From assembly GCF_009914755.1 (NCBI RefSeq), contig NC_060931.1: a stretch of 64,000 bases of DNA, one strand, 5' to 3'. A program made the position numbers and the translations under genes. The stretch is from the human T2T-CHM13v2.0 reference genome, Homo sapiens. The notes below the pieces were generated by a model, which was not told the DNA's origin, ran no database searches, and was given only the letters and a program-made list of their open reading frames with translations. Positions 14,815 through 30,897 of this stretch are shown here, piece after piece (the stretch's first letter is position 1; every line of letters begins with the position of its first letter).

Positions 14815-16469
14815 TAATGAATGTGAAAACAAGTTAAAAGTTAACATAAATGTAGGTGTCTGTTAGTGATTAAAGGGAGGAATAATCCACAAATCAAAAT
14901 ATTTCACCATTAAACTGACCCACTAAGTCATTTGTGAGTTATAGCACATTAAAGATTCAAACAACATCATGCAAAAGACATAAATAGTGCATTACTTTGC
15001 AGCAGTGAGGAAAATATGTGCAAAAATGCATTTAACATTGTATTGATTAATATGGATCATACAAATGTAATCACCAACCAATCTTAATAACTCAGCAAGG
15101 AAGCAGCTAAGAAGGATATTAGTAAACATGTAAATTAAAACTTTTGAAGGATGAATTGGCCAAGTGAAATGTCTAATGCTGACATATTTGAGTGGCTCAC
15201 TGTGATTCCGAGTGATTTTCAGAAATGTGATTCATTTCCTGAATTGTACAGGAAAACAGGAGTATCGTAGGGCCCAGCCAGACATTATTTTTAATGGGAA
15301 ACACCTCATCCTATGATTTAAGCACCATGGAATATAGAAAGCACATTAACTATGCCCTCGTGAAAGTAGATTCTAACTGGATTAGTTTCAGTGAGCGTAT
15401 TTTAATTAAAAGATAATATGAGTTTAGTTGTATGGAACGTGTTGTAACTGCTCTCTGCTTGCTGGCAATCAGATGGTTTTGAATATATTAACCTCTTGAT
15501 TTAAGACTTATGAGTTCTGTTCTAGCTATCAGTAGTTTTTTATTGATAATAATGTTGATCATTTATCTTTATATGTGAAATGAGGTGACAGATAACTACA
15601 GTGCAATTGACTGTAGTGTGAATATTGTGAAGACATTCCTCAGATTGTCAGGTTATTTTGGCTGGATATATTCTTTGCAGTAGAATAACCAGAGGGTTTA
15701 TTTGTATAACTTCTTGACAAAAGATGGTAGTGGAGGAATGATCATTTATATGTTTTATTGTATGTTTTTGAAATTCAATAATATTAAGTCTTTGAAACAT
15801 ACAGGTAACATTCCTTTAAGGGCCCTACCCTTCTTCCTCCTAAAATCACCCATCATAGATCTGATTAAAACTTAGAAGTAGCAGTTTCAGAACAATAAAA
15901 ATAGGCTACCCAGAAGTCCTTAGAAAACAAAATTTGCTCTTTTCAACCTCGTTAGTGTTTGTAGGTTTATTCTAATTTCATTTTGAGGCTATCAGAATAT
16001 CAGCAGGACACACAGCACATACACGAAAAGAAGTTCAAAGAAGGGTAGTATTGAAAATAAGCCAAAGAAATATGTTCGCTTTAGAAGTAATACTGCAATT
16101 CAGCTGTTAAAAAAATAAAAATGTTTCTTTAAACTGGTGGCAATTTTTGGAACTAGTTTTGCTAACTCCAGAAATGACATACCAAGCAAGTAGCAATATT
16201 TTAAAATGTTTTTAAAAATCTGATTCAAAAGGTAGGACTAAAGTTTTCCTTGCAAATCTCCCGTCCGACTGTGTGCTCTTTATTACCAAGCTTCAAGAGA
16301 ACAGAACAAGGAGAACATGGGCATAAAATTAAGTGAAAGGAACAGAATCTTTCTCATTTTACTGTTTCTCTCCCTTCCCTTATATACCAGCAAGTCATTA
16401 ATGTGGGATTCAATAAGATCTTCCTTTAGTATTAACAAGAGCTATGATTTGGAAAGTATTTAGTATACT

Positions 16470-16660
16470 TTTAAGTGCTGTATTATGTCCTTTAAGTATA
16501 CCGTATTGTTCATTTAGTTCTCACAGCAATCCCTTGAGGGGGTGTGGCTCTCTCCATTTTTCAGATGAGGAGGCTGAGGTGAAGACAGATTGATGAATCT
16601 GCCCATAGTCTTGCAGCCCATGGGTCGGGGAGTCACCCAAAACTCCTGCTCTTTAACAAT
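16470..16660 (-). mobile_element. MIR fragment
   Basis: catttagttctcacagcaatccc...ccattttt cagatgaggaggctgagg. Confidence 0.7.
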
Positions 16661-17709
16661 CCACCCCATACCCCTTCCTTCTGTGTGATCAGCCCATTAG
16701 CTTGTGAAGAGTGGCACAGAGAAGGAGCAAATGAAAGCTAGAATTGTTCATAGTTATTAAAAATATGCCTAGACAACACAAAGCACCAGATAGTGAAATC
16801 ATACTCACACATTATAGAGATCTGATCTAGTATCGAACTTGACCAATAATTTCAATGACACAGTAATTTCAGGGTGCAGGCACAGCAGGGAGTGGTCTCA
16901 GACCTCCAACGCAGCACACCATGGTTTTTCTTGCTGCATTAGGATCTACTTTGGGCCAAGACTAGCATAGGAGGTGTGTAAGCGATGTGTTCAATTCACA
17001 TTGCTTACACAGAAAGAGAATCTCCATTTTATACTAGAGAGTTCAGTAGCTTATGTGACATTTTCTATTTTTCTATTTTTTTATCTCACAGATCGTTGAG
17101 ATCCCAGGTTTGTTTACCATAAGCAATCCTAGATAGACCAGATACATCCTACTAAAAGCAATCTATTTGTAATGACTCTTTCACTAGTGAGTACCATAAA
17201 TGTGTTTGTCAGGTCTGTCATTAGCATGCCTGTTTACAAGGAAATTTGAACCAGTCACCTGCCTTCTTTCCAAAGTTCTTCGTCCATTGCACTCCACACA
17301 CAGAATAAGGGACAGAATGGATTACAAACCTGCTCCTTATCCATATACTCCCTGTAAGCTTTGAAAAAGAAATGGCAGCTGCTGGTCTCTTTTCAAAGTC
17401 AATTACTGGCTTGGAAATATGCCAGGAAAAGGAAAGGAAAGAAACAGGCTCTGACTTTTCACCACGTGCAGGCTCCTTCCCTGTCAGACCAAACTAGCAG
17501 AGTGAGACCCCAGGTAGTGTTGACCTGCTTCTTTCCTGAAATGAATTTGATGTTGTTAAACCCACATTGACACTGGGGCCATGACATAGATATGCCATTC
17601 TCACGGTGTCTGTTTTTGCCCAAGTTGTTCCTATTCCCCCAGGGAGTCCTTGCCCTTTGGTTCCCCTTCTCTGAATCTTCACCATCCATCTAAAAACAGT
17701 TATACTGGC

Positions 17710-17945
17710 CAAGACTTATAAAGCATTTATTTGTCAGGCACTCTTCAAAGATCTTTTAATATTAGCTCATTTAATCCTCAGAACAACCCTATGGAGAGAT
17801 GCTATTATTATACCCATTTTAGAGGTGAGGAAACAGAGCAGCAAGAAAGCTTGTTCGAGGTCACATAGCCAGTCAGAGGTGGAGTGGGAATGGAACCAGG
17901 TCGTCTGGCTCCAGAGTCCATATTCATGACCACCAAGCCTCTGCC
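17710..17945 (-). mobile_element. MIR (MIRb-like)
   Basis: ctcatttaatcctcagaacaaccctat...cccattttagaggtgaggaaacagag...ggctccagagtcca. Confidence 0.85.
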
Positions 17946-20266
17946 TTCTCCAAGGCAACTCAGTTCTGCGTCCTTCACCTTCATGTCCCTCACCTCCAGT
18001 GAAGCCTTTCTAGGCTGGTCCGAACCATCATGCATTCTTCTACAGATGTGAGTGTTTACTCATAGAAATACAATCTCACATTGTTCTTAGTATTTTAAGG
18101 CCATTTAAAAAAAATAACCGTACTCTATTCCCATAAGGCGAAGCTTCTTATAGCTGGAATCACCTGGTATTATTTTTGTTTGTTTGTTTTTGCCAGGAAC
18201 TCTTTTTAGATTTTCCATTCGACCCACTGGCCAGATTAATTTATTTTCAGCAAAAAAGGTGATTTAATATATAAGAATCTCTTATTCATTAGAAAAGGCA
18301 GGGTTTTTAAAAGTATAATATTACAGTACAGAGTGAATATTTAATGTTAATCCCTTTATCCCTTGTAAATGTGGTACTGTATTCCTCATTATTTCAGTGA
18401 AAAAAAAAAACTATCGCACAGAAGCTTTTTTTTTCTTTCGTTTGAAACCCATTCATTGGCATTTAGTATGAATAGTAGATGGAGAATCAGAGTCATGCTG
18501 AAAATGATTAACCATCAGTCAAAGTGACTTTCATGTCTTATCCATGTAAGAAATGTGCTCTTAATTAGAATTTCCCTTCGGCTTTTTAACAAACATACAG
18601 AGTTTCAGGAATGAGAAGAGGAAATTGCAGCTGATGAGATTTTCAGGATCCCTAGCAGAGCAATTTCTTTGTGGATTTTGGAAAGCATTCTGTAGAAGGA
18701 CAACATCGTTAGGCTCTTCATAGAGTTTCTTAGAAGCCTCAGTATTCTGAGCAACACGTGATTGCGCCCAGATCTGAGGATGGGGAACTCTGAAATGAAA
18801 CACAGCTGTCCTGATATTTTTAAGAAAATTGTAAGGGAGACACTTTGTGCAATCAATTAGATTGTTCTTTTCTTTTTTCCTATTTCAGAAGACAGAAAAA
18901 AATTGTAAATGCAGAGTTGCTGTTGAGAATGTAAATTGACTAGAGTATCTGTTTATGCTGTTAAATTTATGCATAAACTTTAGATGGTACAAACAAGGCC
19001 TTATTGACCTTCGCAGCTAAGCGGTGATCCAAAACAGGCTCTTTGCATTCAATTTCGTGCTGCCAACCAGCAGCCTTAACATTTCAGTTTTGAAGGTTGA
19101 ATTCTCTTACTGACTGAAAAAGAACTTTGACAAATACAGATTATGTTGCCATCTAAAAATTTTAGTCACCATTCCAAATGAGTGTGCTTCCAATATTTAA
19201 TAATGGGATTGCTGAGGATGTGTTTGGATTTAATGGTAGTTAGCATTCATTCATGGGTCAGCCTGAGAAGAAAACAAATTGCGCATATAGTTACATTTCG
19301 GGTAAATGTTAACTCTGATTAGCATATAATTGAGATCATGCTGAAAAACAAGGACAATAGAAATTGATTTAAGAGGATAACTTTTTAATTATCAACTTAG
19401 GTTGGTCTGAGCAGAACCAAGAAATTGGAAATAGAAAAGTGGGAAAACGATTCTTAATCCTATATCAAGGACACCTACCTACTCAAGCAATTATTAATAA
19501 TTGAAACATTCAATAACAGATGTTTGTTGAACATACTCTGTAATGCCAACAACAGAATAGTGAAGGCACAGTTTCTGACTTGAGAGCTTGGTTAAATGGA
19601 TGTCACTCTTAATTATACTGTGAATGATGCCTACTGTTTTTGATACGTTTTCTTAATATCAAAAAGTGTTACATGAATCCCCTTTCCCCAATACTGATTT
19701 TTAATTTCCTATTATGAAAACAATAAATTATAGTATTGAATTGGATGCATACTTTGGGTCACTGTTTCTTTCCTTCCCATCCCTTCTGTAATTTTTGAAA
19801 ATTAATAATATTATATAAAAATATGAAAGACAATTGTGAAAAATTAATAAACCACAGCTATTCTCTCACCCCAACTCTAACACAATACTTTCCTAATATT
19901 ACTTTCCAGTTCTTGGTAACCTAAATACCTGTTTTCAAATGTCTGTAATCATAAAACACATTCCACTTTCTAGTCAGCTTTTCTATTTAATGTGACACAT
20001 AAGTATTTTTGTACTTCTAAATAGTTATATAGCATTCTTGGTTGAATGCAACAGACATATATCCAATTTCAGTAGCAAAAAAACATTATTTAAGGACATT
20101 AGAGTAGCTTCTACTAGAATGTTCGGAAGGGCTATAGTTGGCTACAGAGTCCAGAACAGGGTCCAATCAGGTCACAGAGCATGAAGTGTAAGGACGTCTC
20201 ACTGCTGCCACCAAGCAGCAGACATTGCAGCTTGCACTGGACTGGCATGGGTCAGTACATACCACC

Positions 20267-20719
20267 TATTATGGGTTGCATTCTGTCTCCATAAAAAGAT
20301 ATGAAGTCCTAACATCCAGTACCTCAGAACATGACCTCATTTGGAGATACTGTAGTTGCAGATGTAACTAGTTAGGTTAAGATAAGTTTACACTGCAGTC
20401 AGGTGGGTTCTTAATCCAATAGGACCAGTATTCTTATAAGAAGTCAGGAGAGAGACACAAAGGGAGAAGATGGCCAAGTGACAACAGGTGCAGGGAGTGG
20501 AGTGGTACAACTAGAAGCCAAGGAATTCCAAGGATTGCTGGTAAAGATCATAAGCTAGAAGAGGCAAGGAATGATTCTCCCCTACAAGGTTTCAGGGAGA
20601 ACATGGCCCTACTACACCTTGATTTTGGATTTCCAGCCTCCAGAACATTGAGATAACAAATATCTGTTGTTGAAGCCAACAAATTTCTGTTGTTACAGGA
20701 GCTCTAGAAAATGAATACA
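20267..20719 (+). mobile_element. MaLR LTR (MLT1C-like)
   Basis: tattatgggttg...gaagtcctaac...agaagccaaggaa...gaaaatgaataca; 5-bp TSD ccacc. Confidence 0.88.
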
Positions 20720-21033
20720 CCACCCATCACTGTATCACCTACTCACTGCTGCCTCCACTCCCATGGAGACAAACCTTCCGTGGCCCTACTTTCTAAATCA
20801 CCAACTCCCCTTTAAAGCATGGCAAAAGTGAATCCTAGGGCACATGCCCATGTCCTTCCTACAAGGGAGGCTTGGGAAAAGGGGGTCTGGCGTTTTCTGT
20901 TTCTATAGCCTCTCAGAAAAACTGATAAAGAATGGAATTCTTGCAGCAGAGAAACATGCTCAGATGCTGGGCAACTTAAAGAGAATGACATATGTTCAAC
21001 ACAATAGGCTTTATAATTATGAGTATTAAAGTA

Positions 21034-21402
21034 TGTATCTTAGTCTGTTTTGTGCTGCTACAACAGGAAGCCACAGACTGGGTAATTTACAATGAGCAGA
21101 AATTTATTTGGCTCACAGTTCTGGAGGCTAGAAGGTCCAAGATTGAGTGGATGCATATGGGCCTTCTTGCTGCATCATCCCATGGTGGAAGGCAGAAAGG
21201 CAAGAAAGGGGAAGAGAGCAGGAGGAGGCCAAACTCATCTTTTCATAAGGAACCTGCTCCCACAATAACAGCGTTAATCAATTCATGCAGACAGATACCT
21301 GGTGGCCGAATCCCTTCTCACTAGGCCCCACTTCCCAACATTCTTTCACTGGGGATTGAGTTTCCAATGCATGCTTTGTGGAAGACACGTTCAAACCATA
21401 GG
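21034..21402 (-). mobile_element. MaLR LTR (MST family, MSTC/D-like)
   Basis: tgtatcttagtctgttttgtgctgcta...gctcacagttctggaggct...ttcaaaccatag. Confidence 0.85.
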
Positions 21403-22160
21403 GGGCATAATATTCCATTACGTTGATGTCTTTACTAAAAAGCTTTTAAAATTTCTATTGGCATTTAGAGTAATTTCCAGATTGCTATCATTTTACATCG
21501 TGACATTTGTGTGCCTGTAAGCTTCTGCTTCAATGAGCATGTCTCATGTCTCAGGTGGAATATTTAACCTTCATGTCTTCAACTGCATATTCACAGATTT
21601 TTTTTCAAAAGCGTTATCTCAGTTTAACAACTTCACAGATAGATAGTATGCCAGTGTCCCTGTTTCATCATATTCCCAATATTAAGTGATTTTTAAAAGT
21701 TTCTTTGTAACTCAATTGATAAAATAGGCATAAAATGGTGCCTTAAGGTTGATTTGATTTGCATTTATTTGATCTTTAGAAGGAATAAATATTTTTCTAC
21801 ATGTAGTTTATACTTTCCATTTCTTCTGGTCTGTTTTTATTGGGGTCTTGTGTTTTTTAAAGAATATATTTAAACAAGTACTTTTTAGGTATTAGTCTTT
21901 AGAGGCATTAATTTGCTGCCATTGTTTTTGCTAAGGATCAACAAATTATATGTAAAATATCTAAGAAAACAATCCTTGTGGGTTTTTTGAATATTTTTCC
22001 AAGTTACATTAATTCACAAAAAATATGAGGAAACACTGTACTTAAGACATAACTAATATGCAGTAAAATACTTAACGGTGCTTGACTCATGGTAAGTACA
22101 CGAATGTGCTCAATGTCAGTAAAGGTTAATTTTTACTGTTATTCGTATTTTCTTTTCTAA

Positions 22161-22479
22161 TTCTTCTTCTTCTTCTTCTTCTTCTTCTTTTTTTTTTTTT
22201 TTTTGAGATGGGGTCTTGCTCTGTCACCCAGTCTGGAGTGTAATGGTGCAATCTTGGCTCACTGTAGCCTCTGCCTCCTGGGTTCAAGGGATTCTCCCAA
22301 CTCAGCCTCCTGAGTAGCTGGGATTACAGGGACCATGCCCAGCTAATTTTTGCATTTTTAGTAGAGACAGGGTTTCACCATGTTGGTCAGGCTGGTCTCG
22401 AACTCCTGACCTCAGGTGATCCACCTGCCTTGGCCTCCCAAAATACTGCGATTACAGGTGTGAGCCATGGCACCCGGCT
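22161..22479 (-). mobile_element. Alu (AluSx-like) with (TTC)n/poly-T tail
   Basis: antisense Alu dimer with small internal deletion. Confidence 0.94.
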
Positions 22480-22607
22480 GTTACTGGCATTTTCTATTGT
22501 TGTTCTTAAGGAAAGTAAAATCAAAACTTTATTTACTCATTGTTTCTACAAATATTTCCTGAGGGCAAGAGACTGCACCAGGCACAATAGATGATTCAAC
22601 AATAGGC

Positions 22608-22858
<251 letters not shown>

Positions 22859-23164
22859 AAATGGGTCAAGTCGCTTTGAATTAGTGAAAGAAATGAGAAA
22901 ATTTGCTGAGAACTGTGATACAGTGTGGTAAGTTTCCTAAAAGAGATACAAGGTGCTTAGGATTTGGGAGAAGAAGGAAGTCACTGCAGAGCATAATGAG
23001 TCCAGAAGACTCAGAGAAGGGTCAGGTTTCATCTCAGCCTTCAAGGATAGGTGTGATTCTGAAGAACAGAGATGGAGTGGAGGCATTTCAGGTGGAAGGG
23101 ATGGCATGAAAAAGATACAGAATGAGAAATACTCATTATTAGTATTCTAGCTAAAAGACAGTGA

Positions 23165-23335
23165 ATCCTTCTGCTGTGTCAGGCACCGTGCTAAGCCTGC
23201 ACTGCACATGTGTTATCTAAATGCGAAGAGCAATCCTATGAGACAAGTACCAATTATTGCTTCCATTTTATTGATAAGAAAACTGTAGCTCAGAGAGGTT
23301 ATACAATTTACCTAAGATTACACAGCTAGTAGTAG
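23165..23335 (-). mobile_element. MIR fragment
   Basis: gtgtcaggcaccgtgctaag...aatcctatgag...ccattttattgataagaaaactgtagctcagagaggtt. Confidence 0.8.
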
Positions 23336-23479
23336 ATTTTATAACTTGCATCCTTGTTTAAGATTTAACAAGATGTGAGAATATTGTCTAAATTGTCTAA
23401 ATAAAACCAGCAGATCTAATTTGGTTGTAGTTTGGAACGTAAGTTGGAGATTGATGAAAGATAAACTCCAAGGTATATT

Positions 23480-24130
23480 GGTAAAAAAAAATAAACTATG
23501 GATGATGCTTTGATGTCAGGCAAACAAGTTGGAGCTTCATTTAGTAGGGACTAGCGTGTCACAGTATTCTGAGCAGCAGAGTGACAGGTTCAAAGCATTG
23601 CTTTAGAATGGTAATCTGGTTGCATTGTATAGGATTATGGGAAAGAGAGATAATAGAATCTCCTTAATTATCATTGCTAAGGTAACAAGTGCCTGAAATA
23701 CAGTCAAGAGATTAAAATAGAGCAGTTGTGAGTTTGAAAGACATTGCCAAGTTAAGTGAACATAATTTAATGACCCATGGAATATAGGGAGAAGGAAATG
23801 AAAGGGAAAAATCAACGAGTTCATTTCAGATCTGGGTGACTAGAGGATTCTGATACCATTAAAAATACATGTTATAAGAGAAATAGATCTGAGGAGGAAG
23901 ATTATAAGTTTGACTTTAGACATACCGGTTTTCGAGGTGGAAATCAAATAGCTCAAGAATTCAGAACTAGAACTTGAGAGAAGGATGAAGCCAAAGTTCC
24001 AGACTTGGGATTCTTCTGAGTAGAGATAATCATGGAAGTCATTGGACGTATGGTTTAGGTGAAGGAAAGGCTAGAGAGGATGAGATGGAGGCTGGAAGCT
24101 CAGGAACATCACACTGAAGGGGCAGGACAG
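23480..24130 (-). mobile_element. L2 fragment(s)
   Basis: degenerate antisense L2 motifs (gagcagcagagtgaca; tttgactttagacat; gagaggatgag). Confidence 0.55.
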
Positions 24131-24795
24131 ATACACAGAGGTGGCAGTGTTCTCTATGTTAACCCAAAGCAAATATGCTGGATTGGACTTTGGGCACCCA
24201 GAAGTATCCCGGTTCTATCCTTGATAAATTTACTTACATCCTCAGTCTCCCAGAGTTAAAAACAAACAAACAAACAACAACAACAACAACAACAAAAAAC
24301 AGTGGAGGCAAAGCAAGGCAGAGGAGAGCTTCACTATTAAAGAGCTTTGGTTCTAACCCCATGAAGAGTTCCAGGGGGCCAGAACTCAGTCGTGTGGAAG
24401 ACCCCACCTGCCTAGATTGGCCAAGCCTTACTAGTCCACAACCAAAGCAGGGTGGAAGGCACTTTTCTGGGTCTTCTTCTAGGAGGTACATCCAGGCCTT
24501 CTGACCACTTTTGCCACACAGAAGGGAGAGAACCAGAGGGCCACACTAGTAGTGGAGACCCGCCTACTGGCATTGGGTCAATATAGTGTCCATGGCAGCC
24601 TCCCCTCCCCTTGTTAGTGAAATGGGAAAACCAGGACATAGAACAGCTATGACTGTCCACTGCTTTATATTTAACAGAGAGGCAGAACAGGGAAACCGGT
24701 GGTAACAAAGAGGATTTTTAAAAAAGAAAAGAGGAGCTTTGAGAAAGAGAGGTGGTTCTAAGTATTAAATTCTGTATAATGACAGAGGAAGGTGA

Positions 24796-25166
<371 letters not shown>

Positions 25167-26077
25167 CCCCAAAGGGTGAATTCAGTATAGTAGCAGATTT
25201 AATCCAAACTGACAGAATGGAAGAGTAAGTATGTGGGAAAGCAGAGAAAAGGATCAGTTAGTGGACTACACGTGGGATAATTTGAGCTGAAAGGAATCAG
25301 ACAGATGGGCCAACAACTCAAGGGCATAGCCAGATAGAGAAGGTTGTGGTCCTTGCTATTTGTTGATGGAAACATAAGGAGACTGGCAGAGAGAAGGTAG
25401 TAAGGATAACTACGCAAAAGAGGAAATACATACTCAATGAAGTAAGATCCTGGAGGTGTTGAGAAAGGATGAAATTAGAAAATGACCTATTATTGAAATT
25501 TATCAAAAAAGGAAAAATGCTTGAAAAGTTTTAAGTATAACTATAGTCTGTAAACAGTAAAAAAGGATAGCTCTGCTCCTGTAGGAAAAAAAGACAAGGT
25601 ATAGGCAAATTCAAGTGAAAGTAGGGAAGAGAAAAGGTGGAAGTGAGGCTTGACCAGATGAGAGGCATTGTGGCAGGACAAACCTCAACATGTTACAGAT
25701 GGTTACCTGCTAGCAGCTGGTTTTTTCAAGTAGTATCTGAGAATTAGGGAGATATGAGATGCGGTAAAGAAACAAAATGTGATGGGAAAAAGTCACTGGA
25801 AAGGTTTATTGGGAAGAGGTCATGAAGATAATTTTTTTCCTGCAGCATCTTGAACTGGAGGAAATGAAATCTTCAGTGAGTATTTGGAAAGGCTCAGCCA
25901 GAGAAGCCAGAGACAAGATTACAGCTGTCAACACTGGAGATTCCTTAAAGCACTAGAAAAGATAAGATAGATCTCCGCAGAAACAATAACATGAGGAAGG
26001 ATAAGGTAATTTGCCAAGATATGGAGGAAGAAGAAATAGATCTGGAAATTGTTCAGAAATTGTAAAGAAAAGATAGC

Positions 26078-26847
<770 letters not shown>

Positions 26848-26864
26848 TCAACTAGCATTTATTA

Positions 26865-27105
26865 CAAAATGGTTAAGCATGAGTTCTGGAGTTAAACTGC
26901 CTGGGCTTGAATTTCAAGTCCACCACGTACTATGTATGTGACTTGCGCAAGTTACTTTATCTCTCTGAGCATCAGTTTCCTCATCTGTACAAAGGGGATA
27001 ATAATAGAATCCTACTTTATAAATGGTTAAGATAAAATATGATAGTGTACCAAAAAAGATTCACAGACTGGAAACTAGTACACATTTGTTAAATATTCCT
27101 TATTA
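26865..27105 (+). mobile_element. MIR
   Basis: tggttaagcatgagttctggagt...tgtgacttgcgcaagttac...cagtttcctcatctgta. Confidence 0.85.
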
Positions 27106-27244
27106 CCATGACATGCTGGTGGTGACGGTGATGTAACATATATTGGGAATTCAGAGATGAATAAGATGGAATTAGCACCTGTCCTTGAGAAACTCAGAGG
27201 CTATTGGGAGAGATATTAATACCTTCAAGTGAATTAACAGTTAT

Positions 27245-27530
27245 AAGATTAATTGATTCATTGAACAGGTAATTATTGAGACCCCTACAATGTTCCGGGT
27301 ACTGGGGACGCAATGGTGAACAAAACATACCCAGATTTCCTGCCCTCATGGAGCTTGCATTCTAGTGAGGGAAGAGAGAAAATAAATTACAGAGTGCATA
27401 AGGTCAGTGTGTCAGGAGGTGATGCATGTTACAAGAGGGGAGGACAATAAGCCAATGGTAATGGAGATTAGGATGGGCAGAGGCAGCAGGGATGCAAGTT
27501 GTAAGCCTCACTGAGCAAGGTGCTTGGAGG
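27245..27530 (-). mobile_element. L2 3' end (L2a-like)
   Basis: attcattgaacaggtaattattgag...ctgggga...gtgaacaaaac...cctgccctcatggagctt. Confidence 0.8.
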
Positions 27531-27635
27531 CTGTGATGGACATTTATAATGAAGTCATCAATTGGGCTGCTATGGAAGTACATAAGTGGGTCATCCAACT
27601 TGGTCTGGCCATGAGAGAAGAAACAGGCTTGTTCA

Positions 27636-28245
<610 letters not shown>

Positions 28246-28886
28246 GGTTTGCAGAGAACTGGCATGTGGAGAGAATGGTCAGGGTAGGGCTTAGCTTTGT
28301 GTTTTAAAGGAGGTAGTAAAATGTACCCTAGCATGCCCTTTTAAAACAAAACTTAGTTTTAAAATCGTATCACTCGACTAGTGCTTTCGAAAGAAATTAG
28401 GCTTTGTGTTCTCTCCCTTAAAAAAAAGGGACTGTGTTTTACAGTGTTTTTCATATTAAGTTTCTTAAAACTATGACTACTTTACCAAGTGTGAGATTTG
28501 CTGATATTATTATCAAGAAATTGGTTTTCTGATTGACTTGTCTCTTGATAGGCACTTGCTGTGCAAGAAGCATCAGAGCCCCACTTGGCTCAAGGTACTT
28601 TTGTTGGGGAATCAGATGGTTGTCTGTTGCACAGAAGTGCGGCTGTACGAAGGTACAGAAAGAAGAAAGGCCTTCCACCGAGGTACAGAGGAGCTCTTAC
28701 AGGATCCACACCAGAACTAGACAGCCTTTCAATTCATTTCAAAATGGTCCCAGCTTTCCATTACAGAGAAGGTTATGTAAGACCACAGAAAGATGTAATA
28801 TAAATGCAGACTATCTGAATAAATTCATTATAGCCCCCCAAACAATAAATCCATATACTGCTTAATTTAAAAGGTCAACCAACCAG

Positions 28887-29357
<471 letters not shown>

Positions 29358-29624
29358 GATCATACATGGAATTTCAGCTGGGAAAGGGGACAAAGACATG
29401 AGGTAGGTGAGGGACAATAAAAAGTATTCTGATCACTACATAGTAGGGCCCAGTGAAGGGGAAGGAGTGTTGGAGTTGGGATAATGGGAATGAGATAGGA
29501 AGCAGATGTGAGGTTGAGAGTAGGGGTGCCTGGAATTGGGATTTTGGTGGGGTGGGGGTATCCCAGTTATTGATAATGACAAAGGAGGTTTATATGTTGC
29601 ATACACACAGATGTGAACCTAAGT

Positions 29625-29815
29625 GTTTATTCCAACACGTAGTTTTGTGACCTTTGTTGACCTCTCTGAGTCTGTTTTCTTATCTGCAAAAGTTAGATTT
29701 TTTTTTTATTTGCCTGTTAGAAATATTGAATGAGATAGTGTGTGTAAGCTCTTAATATATTGCCACCTAGTACACATTAGGTGCTCAATAAATGTTAGAT
29801 GTTATTATTGCTATT
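29625..29815 (+). mobile_element. MIR fragment
   Basis: tgtgacctt...ctctctgagtctgttttcttatctgcaaa...gtgctcaataaatgttag. Confidence 0.75.
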
Positions 29816-30544
29816 ATGATGAAGATTAAACAGATGATTTTATATATATGTATATACAAAATTTTCACAAGGGGAAAAAGAGGGACAAGAAATGAAAGCA
29901 AAAGGGAAAAAGTGTAGCTGAAATATTTTCCTTGAATATTCAGCTTTCCTCTTAGCTCTACTGTTACATCTTTTGGTGGTTAATTATAATGCTAATTTCT
30001 ATTTTTAGTGATGAAATTATATTTACATTTTCACATTTGGGGATGTCTGAAGGATTCTTTTAACTCTAGGAGAAGATGAGTTGGTGAAATTATTTCCTAG
30101 AAGGCTTTTCTGAAGCTGCTTTAGATAGAGGACTAAATGGAGTGTTCCTTTCACGATCTCATTTTTAGTCTGTTGCTTATGAAATAGAAAAGTTCTTATC
30201 CTTTCCCAAGTCTCCCCTATATTGAGCTAGTACTCTTCAAATAAACTATACATAGAATCTAAATTTCAGGGAAGCTTCTGTGTCATTTGAACTGTTGCAC
30301 GTCAACATTGCCTATTCCTTCTGTTCGCAATGGCAAAATTATAGCTTCAAACACACACAGTAGTGTAAAATGTTCCCGTTCCCCCACAGATGCAGTGGGA
30401 CATGACATTTTCTACTTTGTCCATTTACACATTTTTATTCTTATGTATGGTAGGATTTTAATTTTAACTTTCCTTGCTTGAAAGGATTGCTATTTCTTAG
30501 GTTGATAGGTAAAGCTTTGATTCTGGTGTTCTACACTATGTTCT

Positions 30545-30897
<353 letters not shown>

